Origin: a virus | Taxonomy: Duplodnaviria > Caudoviricetes | IMG/VR virus record: IMGVR_UViG_3300034155_000027 | Location: 32,001 to 96,000 of that record | DNA length: 64,000 nucleotides | Reading direction: 5' to 3' (one strand) | Shown: positions 1 to 9,558 of the stretch, piece after piece | How the letters are laid out: each line of letters begins with the position of its first letter | How positions within the stretch are numbered: position 1 is the stretch's first letter | Program-made: the position numbers and the translations under genes | Notes under the pieces: generated by a model | What the model was told of the DNA's origin: nothing | Databases searched by the model: none | Seen by the model: the letters and a program-made list of their open reading frames with translations, nothing else

Positions 1-2
1 AA

Positions 3-416
3 AAATATAGAAAGAAGCATGAAAAAGTAAATAATTGTAGAAGAGATTATTTACATAGGATAAGTAAGGAAATAGTTTTAACATGCGAGACTATAGTAAT
101 AGAAGATTTAAATATACAAAAGATGATGAAAAGTGATAAGATATATTCAATAATAAAAAAATATATCTCTGATGCAAGTTGGGCAATGTTAGGATACATG
201 TTACAATATAAGAGTAATAAATATGGGAAAACATTAATAAAGGTTGCGCCAGAATATACATCACAAATATGTAATAATTGTGGAAATATAAAAAAGAAAG
301 AATTATCAGAAAGAGAACATAATTGTGAAAAATGTGGATATAAAACAGATAGAGATTTAAACGCAGCAATAAATATAAGAGAAAGATATAAGAGGTCTGG
401 AACAGACCTCCAGTAG
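3..416 (+). CDS. tnpB: TnpB-family RNA-guided endonuclease (IS200/IS605 OrfB), C-terminal part; 5' end outside window
   Basis: Frame open from base 3 (KYRKKHEKVNNCRRDYLHRISK..IVIEDL, RuvC-II), then YTSQICNNCG..CEKCG zinc ribbon and DRDLNAAINI (RuvC-III). Confidence 0.92.
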   Translation, partial: KYRKKHEKVNNCRRDYLHRISKEIVLTCETIVIEDLNIQKMMKSDKIYSIIKKYISDASWAMLGYMLQYKSNKYGKTLIKVAPEYTSQICNNCGNIKKKELSEREHNCEKCGYKTDRDLNAAINIRERYKRSGTDLQ

Positions 417-468
417 GAAACTACTGAGAATTCCCTTCCAAACTTTACTTGGTGGGGGTAGGTTCAAC
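360..468 (+). ncRNA. TnpB omegaRNA 3' scaffold / IS605 right end
   Basis: Imperfect hairpin cccttccaa-actttac-ttggtgggg (433-457) followed by GGTTCAAC, typical of IS605 right ends. 5' boundary approximate. Confidence 0.65.
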
Positions 469-475
469 TATACCA

Positions 476-1495
476 CTAAAATGGTAAAGATCCATATCCA
501 GCAGATCCTGGAGGCATTCCACCAATTCCACTACTAGAACCAGGAAATGCAAATCCATAATCTGTGGAATTATCTCTTAAACCTATATCTAATATATTGT
601 TTATGTCTTCAAATTCTTCTTCTTGTATATTTATTAATACATTAGGAGAAATTATAAAATATTGATTATATTTAAAAATACCAATATCAATATCATTTCT
701 AAATAATTTATTAATTAAATCTTTATTTGGAGATTTATTAATATTTTCTATCTTAGCATAAGATATAATAGAAGCAGAAAATAATTTACCATTATTATCT
801 GTAGGATATTGGGAGGCTTTTTCTTTTGAAGACCACCACCAATTATTTGATTTTAATAAATCAGAAGATTTACATTTACAATAAATTTTTTGATATGCTA
901 CTCTAGTAAGATTATCTTCTCTATCAGATATTGGCGAATTGAAACTTGGGACATTTTGAATAGATAAATTACTATTTCCACTTGGGTTGTTACCAAAAGA
1001 ATTGGTTTGTCTTGTTAAAGATACAGAATCTAAATTATTATTATCAAGTTCTTTTGAATATTGTTTTACTGCATTATAATAAGTTTGTCTTGTTTTTTTA
1101 GATAATCCAGAACCCATTCCAAAACGATATGCTTCTGTTAATGCTTTAATTAAAGACCAACCAGAAAATAATCTAAACATAGCAATTGCCATTCCTGTGC
1201 GATCTTTTCCATGAAAACAATGAATATATGTTGGTCCATCATCTAATAAAGTTGGAATTATATTCTTTTTCAAAAATGAAATTTTAGGATCTAAACCATC
1301 TCCTAAACCTAAAATAATATGTTTAATATTTAATGCCTTGCAAAACGGATCAATCTCTTTACCTGCACGATCATCTAATGAAATTATTTTAGTTATATTA
1401 TATGTGTTTTTTAAAGTATATAAATCGTGAAAAATAGGATAAGGCTTACCTCCTCTATATAATTTTTCAGTTACTTTAGAAAATCTGGTTGGCAT
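476..1495 (-). CDS. Cys-based tyrosine/dual-specificity phosphatase with C-terminal extension
   Basis: LYRGGKP, IISLD and HCFHGKDRTG (HCx5R P-loop). Confidence 0.88.
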   Translation of the reverse strand: MPTRFSKVTEKLYRGGKPYPIFHDLYTLKNTYNITKIISLDDRAGKEIDPFCKALNIKHIILGLGDGLDPKISFLKKNIIPTLLDDGPTYIHCFHGKDRTGMAIAMFRLFSGWSLIKALTEAYRFGMGSGLSKKTRQTYYNAVKQYSKELDNNNLDSVSLTRQTNSFGNNPSGNSNLSIQNVPSFNSPISDREDNLTRVAYQKIYCKCKSSDLLKSNNWWWSSKEKASQYPTDNNGKLFSASIISYAKIENINKSPNKDLINKLFRNDIDIGIFKYNQYFIISPNVLINIQEEEFEDINNILDIGLRDNSTDYGFAFPGSSSGIGGMPPGSAGYGSLPF

Positions 1496-1533
1496 ATTAA
1501 TATCTCTTTGTATTTGTATACAAAATTAATAGT

Positions 1534-3549
1534 TTAGATAGTTTTTGCAGCTCCTTCAGTTGATCTTAATACCAACCTTGCATTATTAGAACTATACATA
1601 TATATATTTTCAGCATCAAAATACATATTTCCATTTACTGATTTTAATCTTAATTCTCCCTCACTAACAATATCTAATCTCTGAGGTGTATGAATTTTAA
1701 TACCTTCACTATCTATTCTTATTGTATGAAAGCTTCCAGAATTCCACACCCTAATATCAACAACCCCATCTCTCATTTCATTATTATATTCTGAGAATCT
1801 TAAATCATTAGATATTGTAGATCCTCCAACCTGCATAAATAAATCACCATCTAATGTAGCTGCTATAGATTTATTAAATTTATCTCTACCAATTGCGGCC
1901 ACAATGCCACCAGCACAATCTAACCACATACTCTGTCTATCAACTGTATTTGCACCTATACTTAAAGATATAAATCCATCTAATGATAAAGTCCCGCTAC
2001 GACCACCTGCATTTGATCCTTCTCCAGATACTATAATTTCTTTAGATATTATATCTTCTACTGGTGGTACAAAATTTAATAAACTATTAGGATATCCACC
2101 AGTTCCTTTATATGGTTCTTTAAACTTATGAAGAAAAAGTACATTTGAAATATCATGAAATCCTGTACCTAATTTTATAGGATCTCCTGTTATTCTATCA
2201 GTAGCCGCTGAAAAACTCTTCAAAGATTCTTCATTGCTTTTTAACTCTACTATTCCTTGTCCATGTGGTTCTAATTGTATATCTGTATTATTTGTTACAT
2301 TCCTTATAAATGAACCACGATCTTCATCGTATTCAGCCCCTTTTAAATTAGAGAAATTTTCTTGTCTTACTAAAACGGGTATGTTTCCAGTTTCACTAGA
2401 GCTTGGTACATTAATTTTAAATTGACCTTCTTTATCAATATCTACAGAAAATCTACTTCGTGCTCTAATATAATTATCAAAATTTTCGTAATCAGGAAGC
2501 GTATCTTCTAAACCAGCTTTCCTGGCATTTAATTCAAAATGATAAGCTATACTTTTTCTTAGTTGTTCTCGCAGTTTTTGAAATACAATATTTTGATCTT
2601 CTTCAGATTTTCTAAAAGATAAAGAATCAATTAATCCGCTTGGTAAAGGATTCCTATTAATATCTAAAATATTTCCATAAATATCAACAACTGTACCAAT
2701 AACTGTTTCTAATAAAAAGTTTGGATGATCTAAGCTTAAACTTAAAATATCTGTTCTACTATCTTTTCTTTGATATGGTTTTGGTCCAGATAAATCTTCT
2801 CCAGCATATAATCTTGCCTCGTCTTTATCATTTGAAAATCTAAAATTACTAACAAATTCATAAAATATTGAATGAGCCTCTGTTAATGCCGGGTTTCTAT
2901 TTGCTGCAACGGATAAAGATGGTTCTGTTCTAGGATCTAATCCAATTGCTGTTAATCCATTATTATATGTATGGCTTGTTAACGAAGACCCAGAAACACC
3001 TCTATCATTATTAGATTCAATATCTCTTAATAATGGTCCTGTTATATTTCTATTAGCTTGCGTAAAATGTAATTCTTGATTAAATCTGGAACTATAAATT
3101 CCTTTAATTGGATCTAATTGAGAAAATTGTACAGAGTCTCCATCAATTATACCTTCTTTAGGATCAACGATATGAGAAATATCATTTTCAACTAATGTTA
3201 AATAACGTCCAGGTTTAAATTTATTAGAAAGATTAACTCTTCTTAATCCATCGTTATCATAAATTCCAGTTGTAGTATTGTTATCATAAGATAAAAATAC
3301 CCATTCATTACCCTGGGCCATTTCAACAAATATATTTGTTCCTCTTTCCGGAAAACCACCAGAAAACTGTCCTTTTGGACCTCGCCATGCAGCAGGAATT
3401 TTTACTGGAAATGTAGTATCTGATTGTCCTAATGGTAATGAAAAATATGCAATTCCAGAGTTTATATCAAAACTTCTTATAATTCCACGAACAGGAATTC
3501 CATGAACAGATCCTACATCACCTCCACCATGTGTTAAAAATTTACTCAC
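1534..3549 (-). CDS. Baseplate protein, probable gp5/VgrG-like central spike
   Basis: OB-fold-like N-terminus (GGFPERGTNIFV), beta-rich C-terminus, position after hub gene. Confidence 0.5.
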   Translation of the reverse strand: MSKFLTHGGGDVGSVHGIPVRGIIRSFDINSGIAYFSLPLGQSDTTFPVKIPAAWRGPKGQFSGGFPERGTNIFVEMAQGNEWVFLSYDNNTTTGIYDNDGLRRVNLSNKFKPGRYLTLVENDISHIVDPKEGIIDGDSVQFSQLDPIKGIYSSRFNQELHFTQANRNITGPLLRDIESNNDRGVSGSSLTSHTYNNGLTAIGLDPRTEPSLSVAANRNPALTEAHSIFYEFVSNFRFSNDKDEARLYAGEDLSGPKPYQRKDSRTDILSLSLDHPNFLLETVIGTVVDIYGNILDINRNPLPSGLIDSLSFRKSEEDQNIVFQKLREQLRKSIAYHFELNARKAGLEDTLPDYENFDNYIRARSRFSVDIDKEGQFKINVPSSSETGNIPVLVRQENFSNLKGAEYDEDRGSFIRNVTNNTDIQLEPHGQGIVELKSNEESLKSFSAATDRITGDPIKLGTGFHDISNVLFLHKFKEPYKGTGGYPNSLLNFVPPVEDIISKEIIVSGEGSNAGGRSGTLSLDGFISLSIGANTVDRQSMWLDCAGGIVAAIGRDKFNKSIAATLDGDLFMQVGGSTISNDLRFSEYNNEMRDGVVDIRVWNSGSFHTIRIDSEGIKIHTPQRLDIVSEGELRLKSVNGNMYFDAENIYMYSSNNARLVLRSTEGAAKTI

Positions 3550-3558
3550 AAAATTCTC

Positions 3559-6500
3559 CTATCTTTCAGTTAGCCCCTGTTTTGCCGCATTTATTTTTGT
3601 ATTATCTTCTTGATCTGCTTGACTATTTCCATTGGTTTGACTTGTTGTATTTTCTTTAACTATTTCATAATCTATAAATATATCTATAACATTATTTGCT
3701 AATAAATATTTAAATTGATCTGGGTTTGACTCTCCAGTGTCTATTAATCTTGTAACCGAAATTGCAGCTGTAGATGGTCCTTGTTTATTTTCAAATGTTC
3801 CTAAATCATTTTGAGGGTGTTCTCTTCTTCTTGTTTGTTTTTGAGGATCTGATAAATCTACTTCTTCTATTATTATATCATTAGAATTAATTCCAAATGA
3901 TTTTTGTTTTGAATTTCCACTATTATCAAATGAAATTGGTATTAATCCATCACCACTATTTTGTTCTGGGTTTAATAACCAATTAAATATATTATCTGCT
4001 AAATTATACATTTTATTAGAATCTGAAGTTATACTCTTGTAATATACTATTTTTATCTTAGCTTCTTGTCTACTAAATGTTACTTTATTTAAACTGCCAC
4101 TAATAGCAAATAACATATTGCTCATTATATTTAAGTTTCGTTCACCAAATTTTCCTTGTAGTAATAAATTCATTGGTTCTGTTTCTGAAGATGTCGGATC
4201 AACAACTAATGCACCAAGAGAACGCGCAGAACCAAGCATTTGGAATCTTTCACTTCTAAACTGACCAGTAAATCCTTTTGCATTATATAATATTTTACCA
4301 ACGACATCTAACATTGTAGGAATATATTCACCAGGATTATGGCCATAACATAATCCTAATGTTGTAGATAATTTATTATAGCTAAATGAATGTTTTACTG
4401 ATTTAACATAAAATAATAAACCCCTATCTTCAATATATATAACATCTCCTGGTTGATAAAATTCATTATAACCATTAATATCTGTAGATCCTTGTAATAT
4501 ATTTTCTCTAGATTCTAATAAAATAGCAACCGCGTAAGGAGAGCATTGACTATCAGGATCTGATAAATATGGAGCTTCAATTGGTTTTGATGTTTTAAAT
4601 CCATATTGATACCACATATCATAATCAACTGCATAAGCAGACGTGATCATGTTACCATCATTTGAGGTTTTGAAATTATTAGGAATATCTATAATTCCTT
4701 TATCAATAACTCCATTAACAGTAACCATAGTAAATGGTGGTGGGTTTTCTGAAATTGTTATACTACTAATTCTATCAGGAGTAAGAATAAAGCGCCTACC
4801 AGAACCAATTCCAAGATCATCATCTGATTCATATTCCATCATATGTTCTAGGAATTGTGGTATTTCTGTTTTTCTATTTAAAAATGGAGTAACAGCTGAT
4901 TTTGCAGATGTATTAACACTCGAATATGTAAAGATTCCATCACTTGTATCGTTTTGTACATCTGGAGCATTAATTGATACACCTTCTTGTAATGAATTAA
5001 TTGCATTTTTTACAGATTTTAATAATAATTGACGCTGAGAAATAAAATTACTTAATTGATGAAATATATTTACCCTATCAGTATTACTAACTGATTGGTT
5101 TGTTAATCTTCTGAATTTATTATTACCAAAGAGTTGTGTAATTGTTGCCGCTTCACGTCCTGTTTTAATTCTTAATCTATCTCTAATTGGTTCAATGATA
5201 TCAGTTTGAGTATCAGGGGAAATGTTTCTATTAAAATTATCAATTGCTGTTGCTTGTACAGAAGGTGTAAATAATTGATGTACTTGTAAATTTTTAGATA
5301 TCGCAGATGAATAACTTCCCAACTCTTCTAACGCTTGTGTTTGCCAACTTTCTGTAAATTCTGGAGTTGTTTGAAGTAATAAATTGTGTAAATTTTGTGT
5401 TCCAATTCTTCCATCACCATGAAAACTAGTTAAAAATCCAAAATCTTCTGATGCTCCAGAACCATTTCCACCAGTTGTAAGTAAACTTACAATATCATTA
5501 TCATTTTTTGATCCTAATGCTATTGCCCTTAAACGAATTTCGTCTTCAATAATTTCAATTTGATTAAATATTCCTCTAACCTGGTTAAAATATAAATTCT
5601 CAAGGAAATCAGGAAACACTTTAATTCCTGTAGCATCCCTGTCTTTAAACATTTTATAAAATACTGTACTTGGAATTTTATTATATGCTGGTGGTCTTAC
5701 TTCAATATGTCCCTGTGTATTTGCAAATACTTCTAATCCTAATAATTTTTTAACACCAATTATTTGGTCACTAATATTTGAATATTGACTATTAAATAAT
5801 TCAATTTTTCCACCAAGCTTTCTTTCAAAGGCTTGAATATCTAGATTTTTATCATATTGATCATCAACTATAAATAAATTTACATCTTCATTTGCTTTTG
5901 TTTGCCAATATTTTCTTGCTGTATTTTTCCTCAACATCATTCTCATTTGTAATTCATCCCGCTGTTTATCAGCTGGTGTTGAACTAACATCATTTGTAGA
6001 AGATAATGTTGAACTTACTTCATTTCCAATTAAAGATAAATTTGAAGATATTGAAGAGTTAAACTCTGACTGTAATTGTGCTATTTCATTACTAAGAGCA
6101 TTAATTTTAGTTTGATAACTATCTGAACCAGATGTATCAATTGAAGACTGATCACTTCTTACTGTTGGTTTTCCTTGTTGCCCAATAGAATAAGCAGATG
6201 ATACATCAAATGATCCACCTGTTCTAAGAATCATTTCATCTTCTAATTTGGCTCTTTCATTTAATTTCTGTGTTAATCTTTGATTTGTTGATACTAAATC
6301 TAATCTTGATTCTGCTACAAATTTACCAAGAGTAGAGTTCATTTGTATTGCTTTATAAGGGACAAAATTTCCCCAAATTGTATTATTTTTCTCAATTTCA
6401 GATAATAACCCCTGAATATAAGTTATAGCAGATGGTATATTTGATGCTTCATCTTTATGGCCAAGAGAGTTTCCATTAGCAATAGCTGATGTTAAAAATG

Positions 6501-8610
6501 TTTCATAATTATATGGTTGACCAGTAACTAATAATGATAATACATTCATTATATCTTGACCAGCAAAAGGTTGATTTGTTAATAAAACACTTTTTTCATG
6601 GTCTGTTGAAGATTCTGGATATGGTCTACCAGATTTTGTTAATGTTTGTATTCCTTGCTTCCAACGATAAACCATCCCATCAGCATCGTGTAATACTCTT
6701 TTAAATTGATCAAATGATAATTCATTTGTTACATCAGAATATGCTTTCAATGAAATTGGTGTGCCTTTATTAGGTCCGCTTTTAAAGGTTGATAATCCAC
6801 TTAATAATAATTTTTGATTTTCTGGTAAAAGCGGTGGAAAATCACCTGACCCAATATCAGTAAGCGGAACTCCTGTAGACGCATCAAAACTAACATCAAA
6901 AGGTGTTAAAGGATCATATATGCTAGAATTAAAAACATCTGCAGATGGTTTAAAGTTTACTTGTCCTTTATCAAAGAAACCAGTATTGTCTTCACAAGGA
7001 ACAGAAATGGTAAATTTACCATCACTCCAAGAACCAGTAACTCCTTGTTGTCCTTTTCCAACTATTCCTGTAAATATACATGGTCCTGCAGGTTGCCCTG
7101 TAATATCAGATTTAAATTGTCTCCATAACCATTTTGGCATTCCAGGACCAACTGTACTTAATCTTTCTACATCATCAAAATCAATTCCTTTATTGTTAAA
7201 AGAATTTAATGAATGAATTTCTGTATTTATATTTTTGATAATTGTATCAAATTTTTGTCTAACACCCATTCCTGATGCAGCTTGTTGTTTAGCAAACCCT
7301 CCAGGCATCTTTTCATCTTCACCTGTTCTTGAAGACATGAAAATTGAAACTATATCCATAGGTTGGATTATATATTTTCCTTGAAAAAATAATCTCATCC
7401 TATTTCTAGCATAGTTTACTTCAATATTATTTTTATTTATCTGTTTCTGGTTTGTAGCATTTTGATCTAATAATAAAAATATATTAGATATAATTGAAAC
7501 AAATTTCTCTTTTTCTGAAGGGTTTAATTGGTTATTTTCTCTAATCGAAATTATATTATTACCATGAATAAATTCAGGTTCTATTTGTACAGACCCAGAT
7601 GAAAATATATTTCCAATAGAAGTTACACAATCTGTTAAGTTTTCAGCCTTATCTAAACCTTCTGCTGCATTTTGAATACCAGTAGAATAATTAAATATAA
7701 TTTCTCTACCTTCATCATCCATTATAGCACGAACCTTTTTAGATATAATAGAACCATTGCTAATTTTAAATGTAATTTGGCTTGCTGCTCTATTGTATCT
7801 TTCTAAAGCTAAATCGGCTTTTAATTGATCAATTTGTTTTTGTAATTCTATTTGTGTAAATTTAGCAAATGATCCTATAGAACCAGACAATAAAGGATTT
7901 GTAACATCTGACAATGCTTGATCAATATCTTTCTCAGTAATCGTCATTAAGTTATAAGGGTCTTCAATAGTTAACTGAGCATTTCCTTCACCCCAAGAAG
8001 TTGTAACAGTTGTACTAAGCCCAGAAATATTTGTTAATTCAAACGTTCCTGTACCTACACCAGATCTGTCTGAAAATGCTGAATCTAAATCGTTTACAGT
8101 CCAATTTGTTAATTCACCTGGTTGAGCATAAGATAATACTTTTCTTAATTGCTCCATTGCAGATTTTTCTTTACCGTCTAATTCAAACAAACCACTATCT
8201 AAAACATTTAATAAAGATGGTCCTAAAAATGTATTAAATCTATCAGATTCATATGTTAATTTTTCTATTTTATTTATTTTTTCATATGCTGATATTAAGG
8301 TACATTTATTTTGAAACAATCTTTTTGAAGCAGCGATTAATATTCTTTCTTTATTTTCTAATAAATCTAATCTTGAGTTTTCGCTTAAAGAAGAAAACAT
8401 TCTTTTTTTAATAATTACATAAATATCAGGTTGTTGAAATAATATAGCTGTACTTCTAGGTCTTAAATTCCTAATAAAACCATCTTCTATATAAGATCGT
8501 TCTGCGCTTTTATCAGTGCTTTCAGCGATTTTACCAAGAGAATTAGGTTTATTTTCACCCATACCAAACTGAGTGTTTATTGTATCTGTTAGTTTAGATA
8601 AAAATCCCAT
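3559..8610 (-). CDS. Large baseplate hub-like protein (1683 aa)
   Basis: Follows tape measure and tube initiator; hub-like end motif YQPGDVIYIEDRGLLFYVKSVKHSFS. Confidence 0.55.
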   Translation of the reverse strand: MGFLSKLTDTINTQFGMGENKPNSLGKIAESTDKSAERSYIEDGFIRNLRPRSTAILFQQPDIYVIIKKRMFSSLSENSRLDLLENKERILIAASKRLFQNKCTLISAYEKINKIEKLTYESDRFNTFLGPSLLNVLDSGLFELDGKEKSAMEQLRKVLSYAQPGELTNWTVNDLDSAFSDRSGVGTGTFELTNISGLSTTVTTSWGEGNAQLTIEDPYNLMTITEKDIDQALSDVTNPLLSGSIGSFAKFTQIELQKQIDQLKADLALERYNRAASQITFKISNGSIISKKVRAIMDDEGREIIFNYSTGIQNAAEGLDKAENLTDCVTSIGNIFSSGSVQIEPEFIHGNNIISIRENNQLNPSEKEKFVSIISNIFLLLDQNATNQKQINKNNIEVNYARNRMRLFFQGKYIIQPMDIVSIFMSSRTGEDEKMPGGFAKQQAASGMGVRQKFDTIIKNINTEIHSLNSFNNKGIDFDDVERLSTVGPGMPKWLWRQFKSDITGQPAGPCIFTGIVGKGQQGVTGSWSDGKFTISVPCEDNTGFFDKGQVNFKPSADVFNSSIYDPLTPFDVSFDASTGVPLTDIGSGDFPPLLPENQKLLLSGLSTFKSGPNKGTPISLKAYSDVTNELSFDQFKRVLHDADGMVYRWKQGIQTLTKSGRPYPESSTDHEKSVLLTNQPFAGQDIMNVLSLLVTGQPYNYETFLTSAIANGNSLGHKDEASNIPSAITYIQGLLSEIEKNNTIWGNFVPYKAIQMNSTLGKFVAESRLDLVSTNQRLTQKLNERAKLEDEMILRTGGSFDVSSAYSIGQQGKPTVRSDQSSIDTSGSDSYQTKINALSNEIAQLQSEFNSSISSNLSLIGNEVSSTLSSTNDVSSTPADKQRDELQMRMMLRKNTARKYWQTKANEDVNLFIVDDQYDKNLDIQAFERKLGGKIELFNSQYSNISDQIIGVKKLLGLEVFANTQGHIEVRPPAYNKIPSTVFYKMFKDRDATGIKVFPDFLENLYFNQVRGIFNQIEIIEDEIRLRAIALGSKNDNDIVSLLTTGGNGSGASEDFGFLTSFHGDGRIGTQNLHNLLLQTTPEFTESWQTQALEELGSYSSAISKNLQVHQLFTPSVQATAIDNFNRNISPDTQTDIIEPIRDRLRIKTGREAATITQLFGNNKFRRLTNQSVSNTDRVNIFHQLSNFISQRQLLLKSVKNAINSLQEGVSINAPDVQNDTSDGIFTYSSVNTSAKSAVTPFLNRKTEIPQFLEHMMEYESDDDLGIGSGRRFILTPDRISSITISENPPPFTMVTVNGVIDKGIIDIPNNFKTSNDGNMITSAYAVDYDMWYQYGFKTSKPIEAPYLSDPDSQCSPYAVAILLESRENILQGSTDINGYNEFYQPGDVIYIEDRGLLFYVKSVKHSFSYNKLSTTLGLCYGHNPGEYIPTMLDVVGKILYNAKGFTGQFRSERFQMLGSARSLGALVVDPTSSETEPMNLLLQGKFGERNLNIMSNMLFAISGSLNKVTFSRQEAKIKIVYYKSITSDSNKMYNLADNIFNWLLNPEQNSGDGLIPISFDNSGNSKQKSFGINSNDIIIEEVDLSDPQKQTRRREHPQNDLGTFENKQGPSTAAISVTRLIDTGESNPDQFKYLLANNVIDIFIDYEIVKENTTSQTNGNSQADQEDNTKINAAKQGLTER

Positions 8611-8613
8611 AAT

Positions 8614-9555
8614 TTAAAGTGGCCTATAACTTTGTAATAATTTGTCAATATTTTTAATTTGTGATATTGTATTTGTTACTGGTGATACACTTGGAGATTT
8701 TGTTCTTAATGTACCAAAAGAATAAGGTGTACCAAATGCAGGGTCCGAATTAGAAGGACCATTAACCGCACTTCTATGCCAAGGCATGAAATTAAGCCTC
8801 ATTCCTCGTTTTTGAGTTACTGTAAAACTAATTTCATAATCAAATAATCCCAATTTATCCGCACTTTCATCTACTGACATTTGTGTAAAAAATCCTCTAA
8901 ATACCCATCCTGACCAATACATCTCTGTTTGAAATGCTAAAGATGCTAATGTCATTCTTTGAGCTGTAGGATTGGTTGAACCAGCTTCTAAAATATTTAA
9001 AACACTATCTGATACACCAACACCAATTGCAGATCCTATAGATCCTAAAACAGATTCACCACCAATAATATTTTCTAATAAACCACCAGTAGATGTATTT
9101 TCTTCTCTAGCAGCTTCAGCTGCCTGTGCTAATACATCAAATACTATTTGTTCATTTCTATAAATATCATAAAGTACATTAATACCCTCGACACCTGAAG
9201 AACCAGTAGTTCCTCTAATAGATAAATTTCCTAATTCTTCTCCCCAATATTGAATATTATATCCACCACGAGTCCTGGTTGGTGTAGGTATATGTTTTTT
9301 ATCTGTATATTTAATGCTTTGAGGATTAATATACATTTCAATAATACCTGTTTCTGGTAAAAACCATCTAACTAAATTTCTTTTTGCTATACCTGTTCTC
9401 TCATTTGGTATTTGTGCTTGTCTAACATTCATTCCACTGGCCTGTGGGATAGTTGCTAAATCACTAAAACCAGAGGAGTTTCCTGCACTTGTTCTACCAA
9501 CATTAGTTATTGGATCAATGTATTGGTCTTCAATTTGTGAAAAAATATTACCCAT
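8614..9555 (-). CDS. Tail-tube initiator / baseplate tube-fold protein
   Basis: MYINPQSI..TRGGYNIQYWGEEL..FRGFFTQMSVDES..FDYEISFTV pattern, directly after tape measure. Confidence 0.6.
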   Translation of the reverse strand: MGNIFSQIEDQYIDPITNVGRTSAGNSSGFSDLATIPQASGMNVRQAQIPNERTGIAKRNLVRWFLPETGIIEMYINPQSIKYTDKKHIPTPTRTRGGYNIQYWGEELGNLSIRGTTGSSGVEGINVLYDIYRNEQIVFDVLAQAAEAAREENTSTGGLLENIIGGESVLGSIGSAIGVGVSDSVLNILEAGSTNPTAQRMTLASLAFQTEMYWSGWVFRGFFTQMSVDESADKLGLFDYEISFTVTQKRGMRLNFMPWHRSAVNGPSNSDPAFGTPYSFGTLRTKSPSVSPVTNTISQIKNIDKLLQSYRPL

Positions 9556-9558
9556 AAA

